A stretch of 64,000 bases of DNA, taken from positions 167,255 to 231,254 of the forward strand of contig JAQGDQ010000183.1 of assembly GCA_030141605.1 (NCBI GenBank), in the 5' to 3' direction. A program made the translations under genes and the position numbers. The stretch is from Tubiluchus corallicola (Eukaryota > Animalia > Priapulida). This document shows positions 13,030 through 41,822 of this stretch, piece by piece. Every line of letters begins with the position of its first letter. Position 1 is the stretch's first letter. The notes beneath the pieces were generated by a model. It did not search any database. It was not told the DNA's origin and saw only the letters and a program-made list of their open reading frames with translations.

Positions 13030-14599
13030 GGTAACACTGTGCAGCGGTCGTAAGAATTTAAGCTTCGATTCATCTTTCTAAAACCGGTCTCTGCTCAGAT
13101 CAATACCCGCGTACCCGACGCCACACTGCAGAAAACAGAAAGCGAAAAGTTTGAGCGTTTTGTAGACTGGCCCAACTGGTTATTTCATATTGTTAGTTTA
13201 GCTGTGTTACCTCTATTTCTTACTGGTCATTAACCTACGTGTGAGGAGATTGTAGCTAATTACTCTATTTCTCTTCTTTTTCAACTCAACTTTCCTTTCC
13301 TCCTTATTTGCTTGTTACTTTTCTCTTCCGCTTTCTCTCTCCCTCGTTTTCCGTCTGTCTCCATCTCTCTTTCTCTCGTTCCTGTTCACTTTCACTTCTC
13401 TCCCTGACACATACGGACTCGCTCAGTCACTCTCTCTTTCGACCTCACACACTCATCTATTTCATATCATAATGGTTTCCTGTATCTAGGGTTAATGAAG
13501 CATATTTCTTGAATTCATCTCATTTCCACGTGTTAGCTGTTTATGATTGTGTCAAATGGTGTGGAATGACTATTCCTGGGAGAAGCTGCGTTACCATGGA
13601 TACAGGTGTCGGGTTATGATCAAATGTGGCTGCAGAAAATATGAATAGTTCCTCTATGAATGACAAAATTAATCATTTCTTTACTGAATGAACACAATGG
13701 AATTTAACTTCATATCTTCGGTATTTTATTATCGACGTAATCCTTAGATATATTAGATTTGATTGAATCGCATAATTTGCATTACATGTAATTCCAGTAA
13801 TTTCATGGGTTGAATTGAATTCTATTAGATCGATTTCATTGTACTACATTCTTTGGATTGATTAAATTGTACTAGAATTAATTAGTAGATCAGATTAAAT
13901 TAAACTAGATTAGATTAGATTAGATTATTTTTAGATTAGGGTAGAGCACAAGCAGAATTACAGTAGTATCTATTTTTTGAATGGACAGTACTGAAATCTG
14001 GTTCGTTTCTAGTTTTCTGATGGGCATCTGTGAATATTTGGCTAGTTTCTGGTTTTCTGATGGGCAGCACCGCTTGTGAACGCAAATAAACACATCTTGA
14101 AGAAACGTAGCTCACAGCTGGCGCCAAATTCTTACAACTGTGAAGCCGTAAGCAGCTTTTGAATCTGCGGAAACGCCTTTGCACGCAATAGATTTTAAAT
14201 TTGTGGTCTGCAAGGTTGTGGGGCTATAGACAGTCATTTGCCCTATTAGCACTGCCGAACGTACGTTATGCAATAAAGTCAATTGTTCCCCGCTGCCAAG
14301 GGATTAGTGATAATAGAGTTGCAACGACGAACAAACAACAAAAAAGGGCGCAGAAATTCGGTCGGTCATTCTGAACCGCATGTGTTCGTAAGTCGACGCC
14401 TGGCTGTACATTTGAAATAAGGCGTCGAAGCCCTCTCGCTGCTTAAAATGGCTGCCTCGATTCCCAGTTACTTCTGTGCTGCGTATGATTTTGAGACTGC
14501 AGTGCATTTTAAGATCATATTATAGAAAATGAAAATTTTTCTGCTCATTAATATAATTTTGTTTTGTTTTGCTTTATAGTTAGCTAGCAGTTTGGCCGC

Positions 14600-15180
14600 T
14601 TTCATCCAGTTATCAGTCTTTTTAGCTCTGTATCAGTTCACTGTCATAAAAGTGAATAAATTAGAAGATTATTGAGAAAGATTTGTTATCACAAAGAGAC
14701 GTATAGAAATCAGCAATGAAAGGTAGATCGCTAACGTAGATAAGAAAAAGCAACGGTCCAAGAGTGGATCCTTGTGGTACTGGTACAATATCACAATTTA
14801 GTAGTGTATCCTACGAATATAGACGCATTGTGCTACATATAAAGTGGTAGATAAGAAAAAGCAACGGTCCTAGAGTGGATCCTTGTGGTACTGGTACAAT
14901 ATCACAATTTAGTAGTCTATCCTACGAATATAGACGCATTGTGCTACATATAAAGTGGTAGATAAGAAAACGCAACGGTCCTAGAGTGGATCCTTGTGGT
15001 ACTGGTACAATATCACAATTTAGTAGTCTATCATACGAATATAGAAGCATTGCGCTACATATAAAGTGGTAGATAAGAAAACGCAACAGTCCTAGAGTGG
15101 ATCCTTGTGGTACTGGTACAATATCACAATTTACTAGTCTATCATACGAATATAGACGCATTGTGCTACATATAAAGTGG
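14600..15180 (-). mobile_element. CR1/L2-type LINE reverse-transcriptase fragment whose core motif is tandemly amplified (4 x 111 bp, 14736-15179)
   Basis: Minus-strand VPQGSTLGPLLFLIYVSDLP matches the non-LTR RT motif GVPQGSxLGPLLFxxYxNDLP. Units start at 14736, 14847, 14958 and 15069. Confidence 0.85.
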
Positions 15181-16879
15181 TCATTGTGCATGTTGTTTTC
15201 AGTTACGATAGCTCATAAAATTAGTGGGTGCAAAAACAAAAAACCTACGTTAAAGTTCTTTAGTTGGTGAACATTGCTGTCACTAAGCCCCGGCCCCCTG
15301 CCCTCCACCAGCTAAAAACTCTAGACTTCACAAAATGGTTGCCTCCGTTGTTTGTCGAAAACGAAAACAGTATTAGACTCGTTTTGCACAGGCAGAGAAG
15401 TTTTTATCACAAACTGATTTCCAAGTAACTCCTTTGTCCCCATCGATTTCATTTGCTTACGTTGGACTATTCAGTGTTTTTAGTGTCGCTGTGTTAACAC
15501 ATCTGTAGGTTTTCTCTGTCAACACCAGCATTTCCTGCTGTGTTCCGCAAAGCCAAATTCTTATAAAAACGTCCGTAACCTGAAGAATAGTAAAACCAAA
15601 ATGCAGCGTGCCTGTGAATGGTGTAGAGCACAGATCTTGGGATTGCTGTAACAAATGTTTGCGTAGTTGATATTGCTGCCTTTAGAAATACATCGAATGA
15701 AAATGAAAAGCTAGTTAGCAACCTAGTTGAAATACAAAATATTTTAGGTGCTTCGTAGCTTTCAGGCTGAAATTCACTAATCCTATTGAAGTTGTACTTG
15801 CAAGCGTTCAGCCTGATTCACAAAACTCAGCAATTTTAAGTTAAAAAATTTAAATTTCAATTTGCCTGCTGTGCTCTCTTGTAAGCTTGCGAACATGTGC
15901 ACCACGTCACAACTGAACACAACAGAAAGGACAGGTACATGCCGTGATGCAAGGCGGCTTGGGGGAGGAGTGCGTAAGTTACATTTTGAAATCAAAAACT
16001 CGTCATCGATTTACGTGTTTCTTGCAGGTAGATTCCCTGGAGATTTTTAAGAAGTTGTTATGCTTATAAAGTTTTAATGCAAAGTTTGCTGTGCTTTTGT
16101 CCTCAAACTTGAAAGAGTTTTGCGCAGTTTCATAATTTGAGCAGCGTGTTGTTCATTTCTCTTGCCGCACCGCATGAAATCAATGAGTTTTATGATCTAA
16201 TGCGATTTACAGCATTATAACACACATTAATAATTGATTTAACCGTCGCATATTGAGAGCACATCAAGGGAGGCAAAATTTGTGTAGCAAACGTGAGTTG
16301 GCTGTAGATTATTTCGTGTGTCAGTCTGTCCTTGTGTCAGTTTTGGCAGTCATTCGGTAAGTCAGTTAGTCAGAAAGTGAGCTAGACATCATTTAAGCCA
16401 CACGGAATGCAATATTAACAGAGGCTGTTCAATTTTAGTACAGGGATTCCATGAAACCATGCTGCTGTAGAATATTGATTTTTCATGCGTTCAGGTTGTG
16501 ACGTCCTAGCTGATCGTTAGGCGATCAGCTGACCTAGCTGACCGTCAGTCAGTCAGTTAATTAGTCAATCAGTCAGTTAGTCAGTTAGCAAGCAATGAAG
16601 CAATCAGCCATTCACTAAATTAAGCATTTACTGACCCAGTTCAGTGTGCCTGCTGGCTTATCTGTCTGTTTGTCAGGATGTTAAGCTGCTTGTCTACAAG
16701 TCGATCTGCTTGTCTGCTTGATAAGTCAGGCTGTGTTTCAAACATTACATGTTATTGCTTAATTTTATTACAGCCAATAATGATGATTAATGACTGTAAT
16801 TCAGTGTTCAGGATTTAGACTTGCTCATTAATATTCGTAAATTTTACAGCTGTCGGCTGCAAGCGTGTTGTCCAAACAT

Positions 16880-17350
16880 TTAAAGGGATACGTGACCGAA
16901 TCTTAAACTATAGCTTAAAACAACTCACCTTGTAAAATATTGAAAAGGAAGCTGTCACATGCGTTGCGCCATTCGCTAGTTGGGTATGAACTAGCGCCTG
17001 CATCTCGGAAACGTGTGCACAAAATCAGGTGCTGTACCTCTCATTTCAGTGGTGTTCATTTGTGACGTCGCGCACACGTTCGTAAGCTCGCGTGAGCACA
17101 GCAGGCAACTTGAAATTTTTATGCCAGGCTGAATGTGGTATAGTAGCACTGTATTTTAACTCTGGCTTTTGCCAACATGTGAAACACGTTTGTGCTGTTG
17201 AAAAATATGTTCGTTTGTGACGTCATCACTAACTTTACCGGGCCAGTCATTAATTAAGGTATACGTTATTAAGGTATACGTATAAGTGTTAAAATGTGTA
17301 CTTTTTACCTTATTTCAAAATGGTGTAGGTTATGAAAACCATCCTGTTAG
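16880..17350. mobile_element. MITE family A, diverged and truncated copy
   Basis: Shares TCTTAAACT, CTAGCGCCTGCA, GGTGCTGTACCTCTCA, GTAGCACTGTA and TTTGTGACGTCATC blocks with 6556-7148. Confidence 0.75.
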
Positions 17351-18799
17351 CTGTTGACAACATGTTTGTATCGAAACATCCAAGTTCTACGTGACATGTT
17401 CAAATTACATGCATTAAAGTGATACCACAGCGTTTGTATTAATAGCCAGCTTTAGATCAATACTAAAATGCATGCATTCTCTTTATATTCTCTCTGTAAG
17501 AGGACCTCATTTTTGAAGGGGTGTAGAGGAGTTTCACGCCCCCCGGCTTCTCTGTCGTTCTTTGTCACATTCTTTCTGTAAATGGTTTTCACGAATAGCA
17601 ATAATTTTGCATGTTTTCAAAATAGCGCTAAGCCAGGCATCGCTTCTCTTCAAATATAGATCCGACCGCAGCAAATCGCACATGTATGAGTTGTTCCTCA
17701 TCCCATAATCTTCTTCCGTGGCGGATCCATTATCGAAGAGGTGGCCGTGACGTTGCTCTTTGATGCACAAATGAGGGGACAACGGCCAATGCGAGATTCT
17801 CGATTCTTACATCGTCAGCTCATCTGCGTTTATGTTTCTGTGGTTACGCAAAGGATAACTCGCGGATGAGGAGGCTGAGGAAATGATTGGTTTACCTATA
17901 TCAGCTTCTTGTCGGTGAATCAATAGTTGGGCTAAATATAACTGATGTGCATGTAAAACAGTTGTGCACTTCATTGCTGGGTTCCATGGCTTCCGTTGCC
18001 TGGATGCTTTCCACGCTGTACTCTATTGGTGGCTGCCAGGCTGCTTAATTATGCTTAAACTATACAGGGTGTTCCAAAAGAACAATGCAGTAGAAAGACG
18101 CTGAATATATGCTGTTCATTTCACGAAGAATTTTTTTGCAATCAAAGCACAAGAAAAGCCTAAAAACTCATCTCGAAATATTATACCACTTACATATTAC
18201 AGGGCTTGCGTCGGTAGTAACGCTGTATGAAACATGTAAATTTAAGCTCCTGCGATGGCATTTAGTCGCAACGATTTTGACGATAATTCATTTGAAAGAA
18301 GTTTACATAACACTGAGTAAAGTTTGAAAAAAAGAATTGGAGCATTTGTAGTGCATACGTCACTAACTAAGTAAAATTTTAAATTACTGTATCTTGTCAA
18401 CAAGATTAAAAATAGGCTAGTGAGTGGTGCCCCCTGGAGGGTGAGTCATTTTACCAATTGGTGAAAACATTTTTAAATAATTAATAGTTAAAAGTCTTTC
18501 AAGCAAGTAAGCGAAGTGCTAAGTAATATAAATTTGCATGGAGAGTTTTTTGGGACATATTTTAACATTTCCTTCCTCTGATTTACGTTGTGGGACTGCA
18601 ACAGTCTTCATTATTGAGGATGATGCTGTCCGATGAGAGACTAATTCGGCAGAGATATGTCAGCTATGATCGGGTGTGATCAGCTCATTACGTCTTTCTT
18701 AAAAGCGGCGACACCCAGAGTCAGTATGGGGAGTCAAAATGCCAATCTGGAGCAAGTGTGGAGCAAAATGGCACCCCCACCTATACAGTGACCAACCTC

Positions 18800-19390
18800 A
18801 GGATTGCTTAACTTACGTAATGAAGCACACGCCGTGACTACTTAGTTATTTCTCCCCTTAGGTTACTGTTGAGCATGTGGAGTGTAGTTGCGAATATTTA
18901 TAAAGCGAACCATGTTTCTGATGATTTGGCAGAGTCATTTTGCTTCACTGTCAGGCATAGTATTACTTAACTACGGTCACTAAGCACACACCATGACCGC
19001 TCTGCTATTCTTCGCTCTAGATTGCGTGCAGAATGTTTATAATAGGAGCCACCATACTTTTGCGACTTGCTCGAGTCGTGCTACTTCAATAACAGGCTTA
19101 GCTTTGCTTAACTATGGTCACTAAGCACACCTCGTGACTATTCAGCTATTCTGATTGCTTTTAGATTGTTGCTGAGCATGCTGAATGTTTATAAAAAGAA
19201 GCCATCATGTCTTGATGACCTTTAGGAGCCTTTTTAGTCCGTTAACAGGCTTAACGTTGCTTAACTACGGTCACTAATCGCACGCAGTGACCACTCGGAT
19301 ATTTCTGTCCCTAGATTGTTGCGCGCGCGGGATGTTTATAACGGGAAGCCATCATGTCCTGATGACTTGCCCGAGTCGTTTTTACTTCGC
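18800..19390. repeat. Degenerate ~150-bp tandem repeat, 4 units
   Basis: CTTAACTACGGTCACTAAGCACAC-like motif near 18803, 18962, 19105 and 19257. Confidence 0.65.
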
Positions 19391-21653
19391 TGATGGCTTC
19401 CTAAAGCAAAGAACTTGAATTGATTTTTGCTTTCCTAGAAGATGTTTCATTTCTACTGCAAACCGCAAATAGAAAGAGAATTTTAGATGAAGAATAGACC
19501 TTTAGAAAAGATATTTTATTGCTATAGACGCATTGGCTTCATATTGTCACCTTGACCAAGGTCATAACGGGCTACGGGTTTCATTATTAAATTTGCTAAA
19601 ATTGGAACGTGATGCTAGTTCAAATCATATTGCAGCACATTGCATTATCTGCATTAATGGTTGACTTATTCATAAGAAGTTTGGATGCTCAAGATCTAGT
19701 CTGAAATGAATTTGAATGTAAGGAATTTACAATTCGCCACACAATTTAAATACACTAACCCTAACCCTATCGCTAACGGCTAACCCAACCTTAACACTAA
19801 TCCGCTTCACGAGGTAATTTCTTACGAAGTGTGTCTGGGGAATTGTAAACTCTAGCTGACGGAATTTCTGAATTTGTAACATGGTGGAGCCATTGCAATT
19901 AACTATAGTAAACTTGGGTCTATTATAGCTCTTTTTCGTCGAAAAGAACTCCTTTTTGGGCTAAATTAGGGAAAAAAAATAACATATCTCCATTTATAAT
20001 TCAGGGAGAATTGGAATTTTGGTGTTTAATGTGGCCAAAACAACCAGTTTTAGTTCTGAGTAAATCATTTATAATTCATTTATATTCATGTAATAATTCA
20101 TGTAAAAATTTGACTACTTTAAAACAATGAATACTGTACAGTTACAGCTGGTAATGCAGCAGTTTAGGTATTAAATTAACTTTTACTTCGTTAAGCATTG
20201 ATTTCTTTTTCCTCTCTTTAGTGAATTTCATTGTTGGTCATATCAAGTGTGTTAAATGTGTCCTTGTGATCAAACTTTATTAAACAGGGAAGGAAACTTA
20301 GAAAATTTTGAATACTTCCCTAAAAACTTTCCATACAAACTTGCATTACTTGTGCTTACCTGTTTGAAAGACTTACGTAACTGGAAAAGAAAATGCTTAA
20401 TAATTTAAAATGTTCAAGTCAACTGGTAAAATATCACTGTACACCTTCCCAGTGTGCACCACTGTCTCACCAAAAACGTATTATTGATCTTACTGACAAT
20501 TTAAAACCATTTATACTTTTCCTTAGACATATAGACATAGACATAGAACATTTATTTTCTCCAATTAGTTTAACATCAAAAGTTTTTTAAATATTAAGTA
20601 ATTATAATCATGGAGTAGGGCAGGGAAAGACCATAGGGTCATCTTGTCTCCTGCCCTTTCTTATAAATAGATTAGTATATTAAAAATTAACGGTTATGCT
20701 GCAGATAACAAAAACAAATACGAAAAAATAATAATAAAAACAGTATAAATGATACAAACTATCCAAAAAGAACTGAAAATAAAAAAATAATAAAGTTAGA
20801 TACCTAAATCTAAACAAAACAATACAATTATTCAGTAATTAGGATTATTTTAGTAGTAGTTTCAAATGGGGTCTTATTAACAGGGGAATTTGACCAAGGT
20901 TAGTGAGTAAAGTTAAAAACTGAGAGTATGGAAAGAAAAAAGTAAGCATCAAAAAACTGTAATATAGAAAAAATTATGAGAAAAAGTAAGTATGAGAAAG
21001 AGCAACAATTACTTAGGAGATGAGGAGAAAAAAGAAAAGAAAAAACACTTGCTAGCTTGCTTAATAGTCTTACAAGTTATGTACTACAGGTGTATCCATT
21101 TAGTAAGATTTTTGTGTATTTTTTGGAAGCAGAAAATAATTAGTTAGCGAAGAGTGTCGTGCAAATATTGCGATTATTTTTTTCAAACTTTGCACAATGC
21201 TTTTTTAAACTTGTTTCAAACGACTTACCATTAAAATGCCTTCTGTTAATACAAGTTCTATATCCATTAAGACAGCATATAAGTGATGGCAAATTTCAAG
21301 ACAATTTTTTAAACTTCTGTTTCCATAAGAAATCATAAATTATTCAATTTTAAAATGCCAATTACAGATCCCCCTCACAGGCACCCAGCAGGTTTTCACT
21401 AGTCATTGGGTCAAACTCTCTTCGGTCAGTAAGATGACCAAATTTGTTCGCTGACACCAGTGGTTAGGTATAGAACATTATTGGGCACAAAAACCCCATT
21501 GCTGTTACCAATGAGTTACTCTTGTTTATCTTTCTGTGTTTTGTTGACTTTAGGAGAACTTGTGTTTGTTGACCCTTTTCAAATTAACCCTCTCGTTTGG
21601 AAAAAAATTAAGTAAACTTTCTTTTTTTATTTCAGAATCTTGGTTGAATCAAA

Positions 21654-35570
<13,917 letters not shown>

Positions 35571-36421
35571 AAGCATCTGCTGGTTGCCGTGGCAACGACG
35601 TGTAGTTTTTCGCCGCCATATTGACCCACTGTTAGGTTGTCATCTCCCTCAAAACAAGAGAATCTCATTGTTTTTTATGGCTTTGTTGTTGCAGAAGTTT
35701 ATATAGTTTTTTGACCACTAGATGGAGCTTGAGTTAGATTATCAGTTTTGTTGTGAGGAAAATAATTTAGCTCAAATCATTATATAACATCAGGATGAAA
35801 ATAAGTTGATTAGCTGTATGTAATTAAAAACCGACCAACTAATGACTTTAATATAAACTTGGCAACGTAATTATAATTATAATTCTATCTTTGGCATTTT
35901 CAAAAATTGCATCTTTTTTTCCTAAATTTTTGAACGAAATTTAGCCAAGAAAAAAATATGTGAGACTTTAATGATTAAAGCTGGGTTTGAACCAGTAGCT
36001 TTTTGTATGTAAGCATTAGAACACAAACACACTTTAACTTTAATTTCTGTCATTGTGTGTCATCAAAATATTTTCTGACAAAGAAACCTGAACATGTTCC
36101 GGAATGTTACGTAGTTCCGGAACCTAGCCATCCTCTTTTTTGTCTTTTATTTTCACAAGCCCAACCATCCTGTCTGTTCTCTTTTTATTTTTTTATATCC
36201 CTATCATGATTTGATGATAATTCACAGTTTGTTCACTTTTCCTATTATTTTTGTATTTAAAAACTGGTCTAGTAAGTTTAGATTTGAAAGGTTGAGTTTA
36301 TAAGTCCCTGTACCTACCCTTTCTTTCTCATTTTCCTTCTTTCCCTCTTCCTCTTTCTCTTTCGCTTTCTTGTTCTGTCTCACCGCCTGTTACTCAGATC
36401 TGTATCAGAATAATTGAGTAC

Positions 36422-36427
36422 AATAAA
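36422..36427 (+). terminator. Candidate poly(A) signal of tetraspanin A
   Basis: AATAAA about 850 nt after the stop codon, followed by a T-rich downstream tract. Confidence 0.35.
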
Positions 36428-39219
36428 CTGATTTAAGGTGCTGAAAGTATTTCATGTTCGTCTACTTTCTTTTTTCTTTCTTCTCCTTTCCCTCTCCGAG
36501 TTCATTTGACGAAAACTCGCTCAAGTCCTGCCGAGAGTGGCTTTTAACAAAAAAAATCACCTATACTATTGATTTTACCTAAATCTAAAAACACGTGGCA
36601 AAATCTTTTTCCACCACTAGATGGCACTTTTTGAGCTGGTGCTTCGTTTTCATTCTTTCCTCCCTCGTTTTTATGTAACGAACCTCCCTGTATTATTGTT
36701 ATTTTTATATTAAAGTTTTTTGCATCTGATATATTTTTAGACGTCGGTATCAAATCGTATAGATACAGCTGTGAATAATTATGAGTGTTAGATTTTCGTA
36801 CATTTTAAGCTACCATACTTTCATGTGTACTCACCCTATGTGTAACTTTTCATCCTGTTTTAGCTTGATATCCATAGTTACGATTTTAATATTTGATCAT
36901 GTACATTTAGACAGAATTGTTAGATACATTAATCGGGTTCGAATAGTTAGATCTATTAAGATCAAACAGAGTATATAATTATCCGCATTACCGTATCAAA
37001 ATACTCGTCATATAAAACTAAAACTAAAACATATAATATAAGTCGATGTTTTATGAAAATATTTATCGGTAAGAAAGTTTTATATGCTGCTTCGGAAATA
37101 TCACTGGCTCTTTGAGAGATTCTCCTGCCAGAAATTTTGGACCTGGTTTTCCCGGAAATTGTCGAGCATTTTTTTGACATTATTTCTTCCTGTGGGAGCA
37201 AGACGTTTCACTTTGTGATGTGTGATTTAGCACAAAACGTGACTTTCACTAAAATGTGATAGAGACATCTATAAAGACTAGGTGTAGTCTGTTAACATTG
37301 TAACTTCAAACATCTTAATAGGTAACATGCTTACTTAGAGCTGCATTCTTTAAAGGAAGACCGGACGATTGCTTAGACTCAATCTCATTTTAATTTACTG
37401 TGCAAAATATACATTTTCTTGCCTATAAAAGTAAACCCTTCACCTACATAAAGCTTAAAAAACTCATCTTGAAATTTTCTAACACATGCATACTGCCTCT
37501 TTGCATGCAAAGCTTGCTTTGGCAGTAACACTGTATAAAACTTGTAAATTTAAACTCCCGCGATGACCGTTAGGCAGCCATTTTAATGGTAGGTGGTTTG
37601 AAACAAGTTTAGATAACAGTGAGTACGTTTGGAAAAATAATAATAGCATTCGTAGCATACATGTTGCTAACTAACTAAAATTTTAAGTTACTGTATCTTG
37701 CAAAGACGATTAGACGTACATTTTTCTGAAACCTACTTCAGGTACCACTTTTTTATCCTTTTGTCCTATTTTTGAGTTTGCCTTCATTTTTTTGTATGCA
37801 TAAAGGGTGGTACAGTAAATCATGTTACTCAGATACCTGCATACATAGAGATTTTTTAACCGACTTAGTTCATCGCAGCCTTTGAACTGCAAGCTAATTT
37901 TATGTTTGCTAACTTGCCCTGCCTGATAGCATAACATTTTCTGCAATCAATCAATTTAGACCCACATTTTAATTGAGGACGGGGTACGTATGTCGTTTTT
38001 TTATAGGCGTGGCAATTTCAGGGTGGCCGTGAGTTTTTCCAAGCAGGAAGTGCTCAGGAAATTTGTGTTTTTGCAATCGTCTGCTAGCATTGATTCCGTT
38101 TGCCTTTTCCATGTCGGTTCGGACGCCCCCTGTGCATGGATCCTCCCCCCACCGAGCTTTGTACTCTGAAAGTCATAGGCGCAAATTCAAATCATTGCTG
38201 AATTACAGCTGTCTGTGGTTTAACCCACTATTTCACTGCATATCACATGTTTCATCAAGAGTTTATCTCGTAAGCTAAGAGTTCAACCCAGCTACGCAAA
38301 CAGCGTTCTGCATGAGAAAAAATTCTTCCTGTTGAAGTCATGGGGTTTTCTTGCATGAGCAGAGATTTACTTTCGGAATGTGGTAATTTTCTTAGCTCGT
38401 CGAAAGTCGTAATCATTTTTCCAGAAAAGCTTTGGGAAGTACATCTTATAATTATTTTTAGTTCATAATTGAAATCGTTACGCCCACGTAGCTTCCATAC
38501 GAAATCACATTTTGCATCTGTAAGTCTTGCTCCCACACGGGTTATTAGTCTAATAATGATATTACTTTAACTTGCTCATTGTTGGTTCATACCTAAATTT
38601 TCTATCATGTTTTCCTTGCTAAACGAATCTCATTGTTATATACTCAATGCCCTATAGCAATTTCTTTTATAGATAACCCTAGTTTTTTACACAGGTTGCA
38701 TTCAAAAGGTTTGTTGCATCTGGTTTTGTACATTTTCTTCGTAATGAAAACACTTGTACCAGGCAAGAATACTCCTGTAAAGTATGCATAATTATTATTT
38801 CTTATTTATATATTATGTAGTAATACAGCTTGAAATAGCAGACTCATATATGGTGTTAGGTAGAAACTTGTATAGGCTAGTTTAAACTTTTAAACTATAT
38901 TTATTGTATAAATGCATAAAAAGTGATGATACTGTGGCTTGTGGATCACGGTCCCGTGCAAACTGGGCTTTGAAATACTCTGGAGTTGCATCATTTCTGT
39001 GTATGCATGTTTCTTTACACGGTTGTAAGAAAAATGTTGTTAAATTAATTAACAGACACACACACCATAATTTCTTTTGACAGTTGAATGTGAATGGGCC
39101 TTAATGATGTTGTAAGCCACAGTATCGGCATTACATAATGTATTGTAGGGCGTGTAAATTCACTGTTTAGTATTGACCATATGTGAGTTGGGTTTTGTTA
39201 CTGTTTTAATTAGTCTGAG

Positions 39220-39800
39220 CATGTTCACTTGATTGAATGAACATTCACTTGTTGTTATTCAAAGAAATGTTCATCTGATTAATGCTCATTTGGTTGAACA
39301 AACATTCAATTGAAAGCTTTCTTGTTCGGAGTAAGGTTCATCTGATTAAAGTTCATTTGATTGAACAAACATTCAATTGAAAGCTTTCTTGTTGAAAGTA
39401 ACATTCATCTGATTAATGTTCATTTGATTGAACGTACATTCAATTGAGAGCTTTCTTGTTCAAAGTAACGCTCATCTGATAAATGTTCATTTGATTGAAC
39501 AAGCGTTCACTCAAAATCTGTCTTGTTCAAAGTAATGGTCATCTGTTTAATGTTCAGTTGATTGAACAAAGGTTCACCTGAAAGCTCTTGTTTAAAGCAA
39601 TGTTCATCTGATTAATGTTTATTTGATTGAACAAATGTTCACTTGAAAGCTCTTGTTCAAAGCAATGTTTATCTGATGAATATTTGCTTGATTGAAGAAA
39701 CATTCACTTGAAAATTTTCTTGTTTAAAGTAATGTTTATTTGTTTGAACAAACATCCCCATAAAAAGCTCTTGTTAATGCAATGTGTCATCTGATTAAAT
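39220..39800. repeat. Degenerate ~67-bp minisatellite
   Basis: TTCATCTGATT at 39270, 39337, 39404 and onward. Confidence 0.8.
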
Positions 39801-40896
39801 TGATGTTCATTTAAATGTTCATTGAATTAAATCAACTTTCATGTCACTAGCTACGTTCATCCGCGCGTGATAGAAAATTTCACGTACTTGACTGATAAAT
39901 GTTCACATGAATGTTCACTCGATTAATCAGTTGTTCATGGGATTAAACGAAGTTCAATTGACAAAGCAAATTATTCACGTGAAACTTTGCTATCGTATGC
40001 TTCAAGTGAACATTAGCTGAGTAAAATAAATTCATATCCACTTGAGAGTGTTCATTCAGTAAAAGGTACACTTGATTTTCTCTAGCTAATTAAAACGTTA
40101 CCTGTTGTTGTCCAGTTTGTCGAAAATGTCTATGGTAAAAGATAATGATTAGCTAGCTGTTAAAGCTAGCTTTTATGATAACTTGTCGAGAGTTTTGAAA
40201 CTTCCCCGCTAGATGGAAGCAGTGAACAATAGCTTGACAAGTTGGAAACAATGCAGAAAAAACCTCGTGGCTTATATGTGCAAAGATGTGTAATCTTTAC
40301 TACTTTTTCATCTTTTAATGTATGCGTAAGTAGTGTTAATGAGTGTTGTGTTCGGTCCGTTGTACAGAAGACGAAATTTAATTTAAACGACATTTTTTAA
40401 TTAAATTATGCACCATTTTAACACATTAAAGAAATTACTAGCTCTACAGGTTTTACTGGTTTGCTTTATGTTCTGAAACACCAATGAAGACCCGTAGGTT
40501 AGACATGCTGCAAGTAAAATAGAATATTCAGTGTGCTTTGCTAGATCTGTGTTTTGGATAAAGACAAAACAATTAAGATATTTTGCTTTTGCTAATGTCC
40601 TATAGTTGCTACTAATTATTGTTTGTAGGCTGTATATTGTATGAATTATTGATTTTATGATAGTTGCCAACAGATGATGCAGATTAATCATTAACACTTA
40701 GGATTGTGTTTTTAAGACAGAGTTGTTTTTATCAATTGTCTCTATGCGTTTTGTACATTAATCTAATCATGTGTTATTGGCTAATAATTGCTGATGATTT
40801 ACAAATAAAATGTGTGTAAATGTACCGTTTTTTGTTCCTTTTTTGCTTAAAGTTGTTTCTTTGTGGGTGTTGAGTCTTTAGGCAATGCGTGTTTAG

Positions 40897-41479
40897 CCCT
40901 TATAGGGTCACGATTTTTTACAACCGATTTTGGTAACGGGGGGGGGGGGGGTAACAAATTACCACACCATTATTCGTAAATTACTTTTGAAAACCGCCGT
41001 GTTTCATTAGCAAACAGCAACAGCATAATTTGTGGTTATGCTGACCACCATAGGATACATTATACCTCTGCTTAAAGACATGTGACTTACTAGTAATGCG
41101 AAATTTAAATTCACTTAGTTACGTTCCCTTATCTACGCTGGAATAACTGTAGACAACCAACATTGCTAGCAATTCATTGTTATTTTGAATTTACTGTCTA
41201 CTACTTCTTTTAGGCGGAGTAATTTGAGTAACTGGCATATCAGATATATTGCCCGTATAATGTATAGACAAGCGAAGTAAAGTCTCCTCAACAATTTAAA
41301 AAAATCGACATTGCATTTTCACTTTTATTTCGTGGTGCGCCTAAAATAAATAACTGAAAGTATGTTGTGCACAAAACATATTTAGAAAAAGTTATAGAAA
41401 ACGTTTACTAGGATGCGTATGGTAAAAGGGCAAATTACATCTGGGTGTAATTTTTTGCCCCCTGGTGACCCTATAAGGG
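40897..41479 (+). mobile_element. piggyBac-like MITE family D, copy 1
   Basis: TTAG|CCCTTATAGGGTCAC ... GTGACCCTATAAGGG|TTAA. Confidence 0.8.
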
Positions 41480-41822
41480 TTAAGACTTTAGGTGCCAAAA
41501 TCAATTTTGTGGGTAAAAGTGATTGGTTGTGTTGGCGCCATTTTAAATTTAGGATGACGTTCGAAAATGTTGAAATATTTGTTGGTTAGCTATTTTCCTT
41601 AAAAATACGTATATAAACTTCGCAAAACTTAAATACTTTCTGTCGCGCGCAATGTGACGAATGTTGGTTGTATGCAAAAAAATCGTTCTATAGTATGGCG
41701 GTTACTGAAGTATTATCAATAAAAAAGCAACAACACTTACCAGCACAAGAATTAACGATTTTATGCGCAAAAATGAATACAAAATACAGATCAGAGGGCG
41801 TAAAGGTTTGATGTCATATTGT

